Shown here piece by piece: positions 51,050 to 60,687 of a stretch of DNA of 64,000 nucleotides. The notes beneath the pieces were generated by a model. It was not told the origin of the DNA. It saw nothing but the letters and a program-made list of their open reading frames with translations, and did not search any database. Numbering within the stretch: the first letter of the stretch is position 1; every line of letters begins with the position of its first letter. The stretch is from Gammaproteobacteria bacterium (GTDB lineage: Bacteria; Pseudomonadota; Gammaproteobacteria; Eutrophobiales; Eutrophobiaceae): NCBI GenBank assembly GCA_965243205.1, contig CBDEUK010000001.1:384001-448000 (forward strand). The letters are read 5' to 3'. A program made the position numbers and the translations under genes.

Positions 51050-52393
51050 TTATTTATACGACTGTTTTGAACGTTGATATTCTTTTTCCTTAAGTTGTTT
51101 ACGTTTCATATTCCAATTAGCGTCATCCAATTCCTCAGCATCCATTTCAGTTTCTGCCGCTTGCTGCTCCAATTTCTCAGATTTTAAAAGTCTTGCATTA
51201 GAAGACAGATAACCACCTACAGCGCCTAAAGCAGCCTTAGCCTCTTCAACAAAACCTTCGTCACGAAGTTTTATCGCCTCTTTGTTTTTTTCAACCGCAA
51301 TTTGCTCCACCGCAGACACCATTACTTCGCGATTGGTATTGGTTTCTACCTTTGATTTTGAATTTGAAAACTCAGCAGAAGCCGTCGAATTCATTTTAAT
51401 AGAACGTCCTTGGTAAATATCATTATAAGCAACATCCACATCAAGTAGTTTTTGTTGAGCGCCATCATTACCTGCAGGCACTTCTACTTCTAATAAAAGA
51501 TATTTTTCTTGTGAACGATAAAGCTGTCCAATTTTGGTACGCACCGTTTGACCTAAAATATCCGATTCACGACCAATGACTCTAATCGGTTTAATATCTT
51601 GATGACAATGGATTGTAATGATCGCCTCGTTTCCAACCACTGATAAAGCATTTTGTAATTCTCTATCGAAAATTTGCGCTAAGTCAGTCGCATTTTCAGC
51701 GAAGCTATGATTACCATCACTGTAACCTGCCAAGTCTGTCATTAAGTCTTCATTGTAGCCTAAACCTAAACCTATCGTGGTAACACTAATACCCTCTTTA
51801 CCCAACGACATACCTAGCTGTGCTAACTCATGTGGTGACTTTGGCCCTACATTGGCTAAACCATCTGATAATAAAATTACGCGATTCACATTTTGCTTTT
51901 CTAAAAACTTACGAACTTCTCCAGCACCTTTACTAACACCTGCAAATAGAGCAGTACTGCCGTTGGCATCGATACGACGAATAGCATTCATGATAGAACG
52001 TCTATCCGTTACTCGGGTTGCTGGCCAAACCACTTCAACCGTATCATCGTAAGCAACGATTGAAACAATATCTTGGCTTGATAATCTTTCTACAGCCATG
52101 ATTGCAGCTTGTTTTGCTTGCTGCATTTTCTGACCTTGCATAGAACCAGACTTATCCAAAACAATAGAAAGATTCATTGGTGGACGGTGTTCAACTTCAC
52201 CAATATCCAAACCCGTTAAACCTACTTTAATCACAGCCGTTTGTGCTTGTCCTGCTAATAGTACTGGCTGACCAACAGCAACCTTTAATTCAACGGTTTG
52301 AGAATTATCGGATAATACAGCCCAGCTTTGTTGGGATAGTATAGTGAACAAAGCTAAGCCTATAATCGTTACAGTATTTAATAATTGTTTCAT
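51050..52393 (-). CDS. Exported VWA (MIDAS) domain protein
   Basis: Signal peptide; LDKSGSM (DxSxS), GSTAL, LLSDGLANVG, GLG.GYNEDLM; YfbK-like. Confidence 0.88.
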   Translation of the reverse strand: MKQLLNTVTIIGLALFTILSQQSWAVLSDNSQTVELKVAVGQPVLLAGQAQTAVIKVGLTGLDIGEVEHRPPMNLSIVLDKSGSMQGQKMQQAKQAAIMAVERLSSQDIVSIVAYDDTVEVVWPATRVTDRRSIMNAIRRIDANGSTALFAGVSKGAGEVRKFLEKQNVNRVILLSDGLANVGPKSPHELAQLGMSLGKEGISVTTIGLGLGYNEDLMTDLAGYSDGNHSFAENATDLAQIFDRELQNALSVVGNEAIITIHCHQDIKPIRVIGRESDILGQTVRTKIGQLYRSQEKYLLLEVEVPAGNDGAQQKLLDVDVAYNDIYQGRSIKMNSTASAEFSNSKSKVETNTNREVMVSAVEQIAVEKNKEAIKLRDEGFVEEAKAALGAVGGYLSSNARLLKSEKLEQQAAETEMDAEELDDANWNMKRKQLKEKEYQRSKQSYK

Positions 52394-52464
52394 TTCAGAT
52401 TCACTCCAAATTTATAATTAACATAGTCTGTAACGATTACTGTATTAGTTTAGGGTTAATCTCT

Positions 52465-52502
52465 GGTGAGATTTGTGTAAATCAAATGTAAAAAAAATGT
52501 AT
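52465..52502. promoter_or_regulatory. OmpR/PhoB-type direct-repeat operator upstream of the VWA-HK-RR operon
   Basis: GGTGA (52465), TGTAA (52476), TGTAA (52487), TGTAT (52498) at exact 11-bp periodicity. Confidence 0.55.
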
Positions 52503-52584
52503 TCGTACATTCTTAGATATCAATATGCAGATAATAAAATAAATGATACCTTTCGTCCTTTTTTAGATATGAGATAATGCTCGG

Positions 52585-54612
52585 ATGAGTGAAGTAAAGC
52601 GAAAGATTTTAGTAACCAGTGCCCTGCCTTATGCCAATGGTTCCATCCACATTGGACACTTGGTTGAATATATTCAAACCGATATTTGGGTACGTTTTCA
52701 GAAAATGCATGGCCATGATTGCTTGTATGTCTGTGCCGATGATAACCACGGCACACCTATCATGTTGAAAGCGCAAAACGAAGGTATTACTCCAGAGCAA
52801 TTAATCGCCAATATCTACGAAGAACACAAAGCGGACTTCGTTGACTTTGCTGTAAATTTTGATAATTACCATCAAACCCATTCTGAAGAAAACCGTGAGT
52901 TGTCGGAATTAATCTATACTCGCTTGCGTGATAAAGGCCATATTAATAAACGCACCATCACTCAATTATTCGATCCTGAAAAAGAGATGTTTTTACCTGA
53001 TCGATTCATCAAAGGCACTTGTCCTAATTGTGGCGCTGAAGATCAATATGGTGATAATTGTGAAGTTTGTAGTGCAACCTATTCACCCACTGAATTGATT
53101 AATCCTGTTTCAGCCGTTTCTGGTGCTATACCCATTGAAAAAGAATCCGAGCATTACTTTTTCAAACTGCCCGATTTTGAATCATTTCTAAACGAGTGGA
53201 TTAATGGTGGTCATGTACAACCCGAGGTGAGTAATAAACTCAATGAATGGTTTGAAGAAGGATTGCAAGAATGGGATATCTCTCGTGATGCGCCCTATTT
53301 TGGCTTTGAAATTCCTGATGCACCTGGTAAATATTTTTATGTCTGGCTCGATGCACCGATAGGCTATTTTGCTAGCTTAAAGAATTACTGTGATAAAAAC
53401 GGATTAAACATTGAAGATTATTTAAGTCCTGATAGTGATACAGAGCTTTATCATTTTATCGGTAAAGACATTATCTATTTTCATACTTTATTCTGGCCAG
53501 CGATGTTACATGGTAGTGACTTTAAAACACCAAACGCCGTATTTGCGCATGGTTTCTTAACCGTTGATGGTCAGAAGATGTCTAAGTCTCGGGGTACGTT
53601 TATTAAGGCACGTACATACTTAAATCATTTGGAACCAGAATATTTACGTTACTACTTTGCTGGGAAACTAGGTTCTGGTGTTGATGATATTGATTTGAAC
53701 CTAGAAGATTTTCAAGCCAGAGTAAATTCAGATTTGGTCGGTAAGGTCATTAATATTGCTAGTCGTTGCGCAGGGTTTATTAAAAAACGATTTGATAACC
53801 AATTAAGTTCTGAAATTCACAACCAACAATTATTCGATGAATTTTCTTCCGCCAGCGAATCAATCGCTGAGCTTTATGAAAAACGCGAATTTTCCCGTGC
53901 GATGCGTGACATCATGGCTTTAGCTGATAAAGCGAATCAGTACATCGATGAATATAAACCATGGGTGATTGCCAAAGAAGAAGGTCGTGATGAGGAGCTA
54001 CATCAGATATGTTCTATGGGTATTAATTTATTTAGAGTACTGGTTACTTATCTAAAACCTGTCTTACCTTTAATCGCAGAAAAATCAGAAGAATTTTTAA
54101 ATATTGAAGTATTAAGCTGGGATGATGTGAAATCACCTTTGATAAATCATTCTATCAATAAATTTAAACCATTAATGACTCGTATTGAACAAGAAAAGAT
54201 TGACGCCATGATTGAAGATAGCAAAGAAGATTTACAAGCTGCTCAAGCAACTCCGACGAATGAACATTTACAACGTGATCCTATCGCTGCTGAAATTAAC
54301 TTTGATGATTTTATGAAAGTAGATTTACGTGTGGCAAAAATAGTCAACGCAGAACATGTCGAAGGTGCCGATAAATTATTGCAATTAACGTTAGATATTG
54401 GTGAGTCGCGAAATGTATTTGCAGGTATTAAGTCGGCTTATAACCCAGAAGACTTAATAGGCAAACTAACTGTGATGGTCGCAAACTTGGCGCCTCGAAA
54501 AATGCGTTTCGGCATGTCAGAAGGCATGGTGTTAGCTGCAGGCCCAGGTGGTAAAGACTTATTTATTATGCATCCTGATTCTGGTGCAGAACCAGGCATG
54601 AAAATTAAATAA
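52585..54612 (+). CDS. metG: Methionine--tRNA ligase
   Basis: [13 protein letters not shown], zinc knuckle CPNC..CEVC, KMSKS, C-terminal tRNA-binding domain. Confidence 0.97.
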   Translation: MSEVKRKILVTSALPYANGSIHIGHLVEYIQTDIWVRFQKMHGHDCLYVCADDNHGTPIMLKAQNEGITPEQLIANIYEEHKADFVDFAVNFDNYHQTHSEENRELSELIYTRLRDKGHINKRTITQLFDPEKEMFLPDRFIKGTCPNCGAEDQYGDNCEVCSATYSPTELINPVSAVSGAIPIEKESEHYFFKLPDFESFLNEWINGGHVQPEVSNKLNEWFEEGLQEWDISRDAPYFGFEIPDAPGKYFYVWLDAPIGYFASLKNYCDKNGLNIEDYLSPDSDTELYHFIGKDIIYFHTLFWPAMLHGSDFKTPNAVFAHGFLTVDGQKMSKSRGTFIKARTYLNHLEPEYLRYYFAGKLGSGVDDIDLNLEDFQARVNSDLVGKVINIASRCAGFIKKRFDNQLSSEIHNQQLFDEFSSASESIAELYEKREFSRAMRDIMALADKANQYIDEYKPWVIAKEEGRDEELHQICSMGINLFRVLVTYLKPVLPLIAEKSEEFLNIEVLSWDDVKSPLINHSINKFKPLMTRIEQEKIDAMIEDSKEDLQAAQATPTNEHLQRDPIAAEINFDDFMKVDLRVAKIVNAEHVEGADKLLQLTLDIGESRNVFAGIKSAYNPEDLIGKLTVMVANLAPRKMRFGMSEGMVLAAGPGGKDLFIMHPDSGAEPGMKIK

Positions 54613-55256
54613 TGACTGCAGCCACTGTCGAGGACATCGAACGATTATTACCACAAACACAATGTGGTCAATGTGGTTACGATGGATGCAAACCTTATGC
54701 AGAGGCATTATCCAAACAAGAAGCCGAAATCAATCAATGCCCTCCTGGTGGCCAAGAAACCATAAACGTTTTATCAACCCTATTAAACAGGCCTGTTCTA
54801 ACATTAAACTCTGAATTTGGTGTTGAACGAGATTATCTCATAGCAAAGGTTGATGAAGAACAATGCATTGGTTGTGTTAAATGCATTCGTGCTTGCCCAG
54901 TTGATGCCATCATTGGTGCGGCTAAACAAATGCATATTGTAATCAATGAATATTGTACGGGTTGTGAACTCTGTATTGCACCATGCCCAGTTGATTGCAT
55001 TGATATGGTTAAACCACCAGAAAAACAAACCGCTTGGTTCAACGGTTATTCAGAAGATAAAGTTCATATCCGTCTGCAAGCAAAATCGCGTTATGAAAAA
55101 AGAAGCAATCGTCTTGCCATCAAGGAAGAAATTAAACAATTAGAACGTGAAAAGAAACAAGCAGAAAAAGATAAACAAAAAGACTTAAAACAAAAACAAT
55201 CGTTTATTGAAGCAGCAATAAAGCGTAGCAAAGCTAGGCGTTCCAGTAGCACCTAA
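54612..55256 (+). CDS. rsxB: RnfB/RsxB-type Fe-S protein (stand-alone)
   Basis: [54 protein letters not shown]. Confidence 0.88.
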   Translation: MTAATVEDIERLLPQTQCGQCGYDGCKPYAEALSKQEAEINQCPPGGQETINVLSTLLNRPVLTLNSEFGVERDYLIAKVDEEQCIGCVKCIRACPVDAIIGAAKQMHIVINEYCTGCELCIAPCPVDCIDMVKPPEKQTAWFNGYSEDKVHIRLQAKSRYEKRSNRLAIKEEIKQLEREKKQAEKDKQKDLKQKQSFIEAAIKRSKARRSSST

Positions 55257-55321
55257 ATCTTATAAATCAATATTATCATTGATTGTTTTTTTGTGTATAG
55301 TATTTTCTATCGATAGTAACT

Positions 55322-56035
55322 ATGTGCAATGTTATGACTATTGTTAGAAAACCTTCTGATAATCTAGACTTGGTTATTGAATACCTTGAAAGTCATCCTG
55401 ACTTTTTTACTCATCAACCTGAGTTATTGAAACAGTTAGATATCCCGCATGATCTTGGTGTTAACATTCCTTCACTAATCGAATATCAAGTTAAACAACT
55501 TAGACAACAAGATAGTATTTTAAAAGATAAACTAAAATACTTTCAGCAACGACATCAATCAGTTTTACAATTATCCGATGTAATTCAAGAACAACAAAAT
55601 ATTATTCTTGAATGTGATTCAATCGAAAAACTATATGATTCGTTTTATCAATTTCTGAATCAATATTATAGCGTGAATTACTTACTGTATTTTGTTTTTG
55701 TAAATAAACGAACATACGAAGACTATCGAGGTTTACGTTTTAGAAAATCAAATTCTAAAGTCCAGAATTTATTTACCAGCTTATTCAATCACAATAAGCC
55801 TTTGTGTGATTGCTTACAGGATGATTATCTGGAATTCTTATTTGGTAAAAAAGCAAGCACGATTCGTTCAACAGCTGTATTTCCTGTACAGAATGTAAAG
55901 AACGATGGACCAATTGGATTAATGATTACAGCAAGTAGAAACGTCGACCAATTTGAGCAAGGATTATCGTTAAACTTATTAAATCAATTGAAATCGTTAT
56001 TTATTCATCAATTGTTTCGGATTATTTGGAATTAA
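55322..56035 (+). CDS. DUF484 (YigA-like) family protein
   Basis: V.EYL..HPDFF...P.LL..L.IPH...SL.E.QV..LR; C-terminal GAF-like region (S.A..P...GL....SR...F). Confidence 0.8.
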   Translation: MCNVMTIVRKPSDNLDLVIEYLESHPDFFTHQPELLKQLDIPHDLGVNIPSLIEYQVKQLRQQDSILKDKLKYFQQRHQSVLQLSDVIQEQQNIILECDSIEKLYDSFYQFLNQYYSVNYLLYFVFVNKRTYEDYRGLRFRKSNSKVQNLFTSLFNHNKPLCDCLQDDYLEFLFGKKASTIRSTAVFPVQNVKNDGPIGLMITASRNVDQFEQGLSLNLLNQLKSLFIHQLFRIIWN

Positions 56036-56046
56036 ATCAGTTTATA

Positions 56047-57897
56047 TCAACTATTCGACTGCCTTACGCCATAGAGCTTCGCATAGAGACCATCTTGTGA
56101 CAGTAATTCTTTATGACTACCCTGTTCACTAACTTGACCAGATTCAAACACATAAACTCGATCAGCTTGTTTTATAGCGCTTAAACGATGCGCGACAATA
56201 ATTGTGGTACGTTCTTTTAAGAAATCACTTAATGCAGTATGCAACTGATATTCGGTTTCAGCATCTAAAGCAGACGTTGCTTCATCCAATATAACAACCT
56301 TAGGTTCACTCAGAATCATTCGTGCAATCGCTAAACGTTGACGTTGTCCGCCCGATAGACGAACACCTTGTCGACCAACGATCGTATCAAGGCCTTCGGC
56401 CATTTTTTCAACTGTTTCTTTAAGTTGAGCTATCTCTAAGGCTTGCCATAACTTTTCATCATCAAACTCTTTGCCCAAAGTTAAATTAGTTCTTACTGTA
56501 TCGTTAAACAATGCAGGGTTTTGTAAAACGGTTGCCACGTTTTCTCTTACAACATCAAGACCTATTTTATTAACTGGTTTATTTCCGTAATAAACCATGC
56601 CAGATTTTGCTGAATATAAACCAATTAAGATCGATACCATTGTAGATTTGCCACCACCACTAGCACCTACTAATGCAACTTTATCTCCAGCATTGATATC
56701 AAGATTCACACCACTTAAAACATCTGGTCCATCGCCGTATGAAAAATGTATGTCTTCTATATTTATCCCAACAGTGGTTGTATCTTCAAAAGGGTTTTCA
56801 AAATGTGGATACTCAGGCTCTTCTTCTAATTCCATAAGATCATTAATACGTTTTAATGCGGCCTTTGCTGAATAATATGCATACTGAATATTTAATACTT
56901 CTTGCACTGGCCCCATCATGAACCAAAGATATCCAAACACAGCAAACATCTTTCCTATAGTGAGCCCTGAAAAAATCACCATTAACATGGCAACAGCTCT
57001 AAACACATCAAAGCCAAACAAAAAGATCACAAAACTGAGTTTGCCCGCTGCTTCACTCTTCCAGGCAAACTGACCACTGAAATCTTTCACTGATCTAGCT
57101 TGATCGATAATTTGATGAATGTAATGTTTTTCTCGATTACTGGCGCGTATTTGATGAATAGATTCTAAAGTTTCCGTTAATGATTGTTGAAAAATCGCAA
57201 AGGCCGAGTTTTCATCTTTTTTAAGTTCTTTAACTTTGTTGCCTAAGATCATCGTAAAATAAATGACCAATGGATTAGCAAATAAAATTAATAACGCAAG
57301 CTGCCAATGCATCCATAATAAAATGATAGCCACACCAATAATGGTTAAAACAGCAACTAATAATTTACTAATGGTCGTACCAACGAATTGATCCACTGTT
57401 TCTAAATCCGTCACGAAATACGAAGAAACCGTACCGCTACCCAAGGTTTCATATTCAGACATTGAAACGCGTTCTAAACGTTGTAACAAAGCAGCTCGAA
57501 TTCGAAAAATCACATCTTTGGCAACAAGGGTGAATTGCCGTGATTGCCAAACATTCAGTACCAGTGATACTAACCTCAAAATTAAGGTAATAAATAATAT
57601 GGAAATAATGTACAGAGCAGGAACCTGCCACGTTTCTGGTGTGTAGTTATTTATCGTATTAACAACTGGACCTGGTTGATTCAAAAGAACTTCATCAACC
57701 AATAATGGCATCAGTAATGGTAAAGGCACACTGGTTATAGTACCCAGTATTGCAATCATATTAGCCAGAAAGATTTCTCGCTTATGTTCTTTAGCTACAT
57801 TCCAAATATAATTCCAGTTATAGGTAACCGGTTTATTTTTTTCTGTTTGAGAAGAAATAATGTCTCTTGATGGGGAATTGTCTAATACGCTACTCAT
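56047..57897 (-). CDS. ABC exporter, fused permease/ATPase
   Basis: TM domain plus GASGGGKS, LSGGQRQR, ILDEATSALD, VAHRLS. Confidence 0.93.
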   Translation of the reverse strand: MSSVLDNSPSRDIISSQTEKNKPVTYNWNYIWNVAKEHKREIFLANMIAILGTITSVPLPLLMPLLVDEVLLNQPGPVVNTINNYTPETWQVPALYIISILFITLILRLVSLVLNVWQSRQFTLVAKDVIFRIRAALLQRLERVSMSEYETLGSGTVSSYFVTDLETVDQFVGTTISKLLVAVLTIIGVAIILLWMHWQLALLILFANPLVIYFTMILGNKVKELKKDENSAFAIFQQSLTETLESIHQIRASNREKHYIHQIIDQARSVKDFSGQFAWKSEAAGKLSFVIFLFGFDVFRAVAMLMVIFSGLTIGKMFAVFGYLWFMMGPVQEVLNIQYAYYSAKAALKRINDLMELEEEPEYPHFENPFEDTTTVGINIEDIHFSYGDGPDVLSGVNLDINAGDKVALVGASGGGKSTMVSILIGLYSAKSGMVYYGNKPVNKIGLDVVRENVATVLQNPALFNDTVRTNLTLGKEFDDEKLWQALEIAQLKETVEKMAEGLDTIVGRQGVRLSGGQRQRLAIARMILSEPKVVILDEATSALDAETEYQLHTALSDFLKERTTIIVAHRLSAIKQADRVYVFESGQVSEQGSHKELLSQDGLYAKLYGVRQSNS

Positions 57898-57957
57898 GAA
57901 TATGTTTGATTAATTATTATCCATTTATATGTGCACAGCTTATGCCAGTTGCTGCAT

Positions 57958-58947
57958 CTAAGGCAACCATTCTAATGGAGGCTCTTCTAATAAAGCGGCC
58001 TGCTCTCTTAAATTCAAAATATGCTCTTCCCAGTATTTTTGGCTATTGAAGTGCGGAAATGCTAGAGGAAATGCAGGGTCAGTCCAACGTCTGGCGATCC
58101 ATGCAGCAAAATAGATCAGCCTGTAGGTACGTAATACTTCAATTAAACCTAATTCCTTAGTATTGAAATGTCGAAACTCAGTATATCCTTCTAAAAAATC
58201 GTATAACCGTGCTGTCATGTATTGCCTATCACCTGATAAAAACATCCAGATATCCTGAATTGCTGGACCTGTCCGTGCATCGTCGAAGTCTAAAATCATC
58301 GGCTTTTCGTCATACCATAATATATTTCCCGGGTGGGCATCACCATGTAATCTCAGTTGTTGAACATCGCCAATATTGGTTAATACACCTTCTATGCGTT
58401 GTACAATATCTTCAATAATCGTTTTATAGGTATATTCAAGTTCAGGTGGTAAAAACTGATTGGTAATTAAATAATCGCTTGCCTGTAAGACATAAGACTC
58501 CAAACTAATCTCAGGCCGATGCTGGAAAGAGTCTGTTTCACCAATTGAATGTATGCGAGCAATAAATCGACCAATCATTTTTAAATGCTCGGAATTATCT
58601 AGTTCAGGAGGTCTTCCACCAACACATGGGTAAACGGCAAATCGATATGCCCCATCATGTAATAATGTATTTCCATTTGAGGAAACTATAGGAGCAATCA
58701 CAGGTAACTCTTGCTCGACCAATTCTTGGGTATAAACATGCTCCTCTTGAATTGTTTCATCACTCCAACGCTTAGGTCGATAAAATTTAACCACTATTGG
58801 TGCTTGTTCATGCAAACCAATACGATAAACTCGATTTTCATAACTATTTAACGCCGTTATACATCCATCCGTGTCATAACCGGCCAATTCTAAGATGGTT
58901 AAAATTTCATTCGGGCCTAATGATAAAAAAAGTTCTGATTCATCCAT
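57958..58947 (-). CDS. srkA: Stress response kinase A (RdoA/YihE)
   Basis: LNSYENRVY, KFYRP.RW, RLHGDAHPGNILW, LDFDD, PAIQDIWM, RRW.DPAFP.AFP. Confidence 0.93.
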   Translation of the reverse strand: MDESELFLSLGPNEILTILELAGYDTDGCITALNSYENRVYRIGLHEQAPIVVKFYRPKRWSDETIQEEHVYTQELVEQELPVIAPIVSSNGNTLLHDGAYRFAVYPCVGGRPPELDNSEHLKMIGRFIARIHSIGETDSFQHRPEISLESYVLQASDYLITNQFLPPELEYTYKTIIEDIVQRIEGVLTNIGDVQQLRLHGDAHPGNILWYDEKPMILDFDDARTGPAIQDIWMFLSGDRQYMTARLYDFLEGYTEFRHFNTKELGLIEVLRTYRLIYFAAWIARRWTDPAFPLAFPHFNSQKYWEEHILNLREQAALLEEPPLEWLP

Positions 58948-59016
58948 TGCTGTACCATTAACGTTTCTGCATAATTTGTCCAGATATAATTAAAATAATT
59001 CAATGACTGTATAATT

Positions 59017-59700
59017 ATGAAACGGCTAATTCTTATAGCACTATTGTTCACATCTTTTTCGTTGAGTAGCCAAGAAACAGAGCAAGACTTAACGGAACCC
59101 AAAAATAATACCGATATATACAAAGCATTTTGGAAGAAACTGTATGCAAATGGCGGTTGGTCACTTTATTGTGGCTTTCGATTTAATCAGAATGGTGAGA
59201 CCGAAGATAAAGGACGAATTCAAATCGAACGTGTCTATCCTTTGCAATGGATTATTGAAACACTCACGTGCAAAAACCGTTTAGATTGTCATCAATCAGA
59301 ATCAAAGAAATTTAAAGCCATTGAGTCAGATTTGCATAATATCTACCCTGTCTGGTGGGAAATACAAAGTACAAAGTTTGATTCAAGTTATGGAGAACTG
59401 CCTGGTGAAGAAAAACGTTTTGAAGATTGTGATTTTGAAAGAAGTAAAAATATTACTGAACCAAGAGAAATTGCCAGAGGCAATATAGCCCGTGCAATTT
59501 TTTATATGCATAATCACTATGGCTTACCTATTAAGCCCGAGCTTTTAAAAACTTTACTTAAATGGAATAAAGAAGATTTGCCGAGCGAACAAGAAATCTA
59601 TCGAAATAATATTATTGAAAAGATTCAGGGCAATCGAAATCCTTTTATCGATAACCCTAATCTTGTAAATAAACTAAAAATTGTTAAGCGCACTGACTAA
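59017..59700 (+). CDS. Endonuclease I (EndA/Vvn) family homolog, catalytic residues apparently substituted
   Basis: Signal peptide; LYCG..F, ESDLHNIYP, EPR..ARGNIARAIFYM, E..RN..IE.IQGNRNPF. The EH motif reads ER. Confidence 0.8.
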   Translation: MKRLILIALLFTSFSLSSQETEQDLTEPKNNTDIYKAFWKKLYANGGWSLYCGFRFNQNGETEDKGRIQIERVYPLQWIIETLTCKNRLDCHQSESKKFKAIESDLHNIYPVWWEIQSTKFDSSYGELPGEEKRFEDCDFERSKNITEPREIARGNIARAIFYMHNHYGLPIKPELLKTLLKWNKEDLPSEQEIYRNNIIEKIQGNRNPFIDNPNLVNKLKIVKRTD

Positions 59701-60520
59701 CGCGTTTGATATGCGCGCTTGAAAAGCTTACACGTTCTCCTTTCTGCTTTAAATATTTGGCTTCTAGATTATATGCCAAGTGTTCTAATTTATTCTTACA
59801 TGATACTTGTTCGTCATGATCATTTTCATATTGAACATAATGAACCAACTCATGCAATAAAATTGATTTACCTTTTTCTGTATTAAGATCAATCGAATCC
59901 AACAAATAAACCGTTTTGTTTTTGTAATTATATAAACCAAAAATTTGCATATTTTTCTGACTCATTGCTCTTGGCATATCTTTACCAAATGCAATTTTAA
60001 ACATCTGTCTAGAATTTACTTTTTTCACTTCAGGCATATCACCTGTCATTTTAACACCTACACCTTTGACTTCCGCATAAACCCAATTCAAAAGCTCATT
60101 AATTTCTTGTTTTTGTTGTGCGTTATAATCACTTTCCTCGTGAATTTGTTCTTGGATTGAATAATGATGACTGTGATCATGGTGATGATCATGACTTTTT
60201 GTAGCAGCAGCGACGGTTTGAGATAGTAAAGAAGCGCCTAATACCATCATAGGCATTACCTTCCTTCTTCTATCATTTTTAACCGTTTGGAAAGAGTCCC
60301 GTTGGTCCTCTTTTAAGAAAATACTATTTTCTTTGGCAAACTGATTAAGTTGCGCAAAAAACACCGGGTTCCTATCACGCAACCCTTTCTTGTAGACAAT
60401 AGCTTCTTGGCCGTTGATGATACACGGGTGTACAACGTTATCTGATTTATTGAATTTTTTATTATTCAGAAAAAATAATCTATCAAGCCAACCAAATGAT
60501 CGAAGTTTTAATTGAGCCAT
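59684..60520 (-). CDS. DUF6647-like HExxH protein with N-terminal extension and His-rich linker
   Basis: SILLHELVHYVQ...SC...LE.LAY; internal signal-like RRRKVMPMMVLGASLLSQTVAAA; SHDHHHDHSHH; AAGG RBS. Confidence 0.7.
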   Translation of the reverse strand: MAQLKLRSFGWLDRLFFLNNKKFNKSDNVVHPCIINGQEAIVYKKGLRDRNPVFFAQLNQFAKENSIFLKEDQRDSFQTVKNDRRRKVMPMMVLGASLLSQTVAAATKSHDHHHDHSHHYSIQEQIHEESDYNAQQKQEINELLNWVYAEVKGVGVKMTGDMPEVKKVNSRQMFKIAFGKDMPRAMSQKNMQIFGLYNYKNKTVYLLDSIDLNTEKGKSILLHELVHYVQYENDHDEQVSCKNKLEHLAYNLEAKYLKQKGERVSFSSAHIKRVSQCA

Positions 60521-60687
60521 TTATCACCTTTAACATTAATTTAAGACATAGATAACTTAATCTTTAGCGACTTTAAAACTTTAAAACTTAAGTTTTATTG
60601 TCTATTTGAGAGTGGAGATGTGAATAAGTCGTGGTTTATTTTAAACCACCATTGCAATGTTTTTTTGAATAACCGATATGTTGCTAA

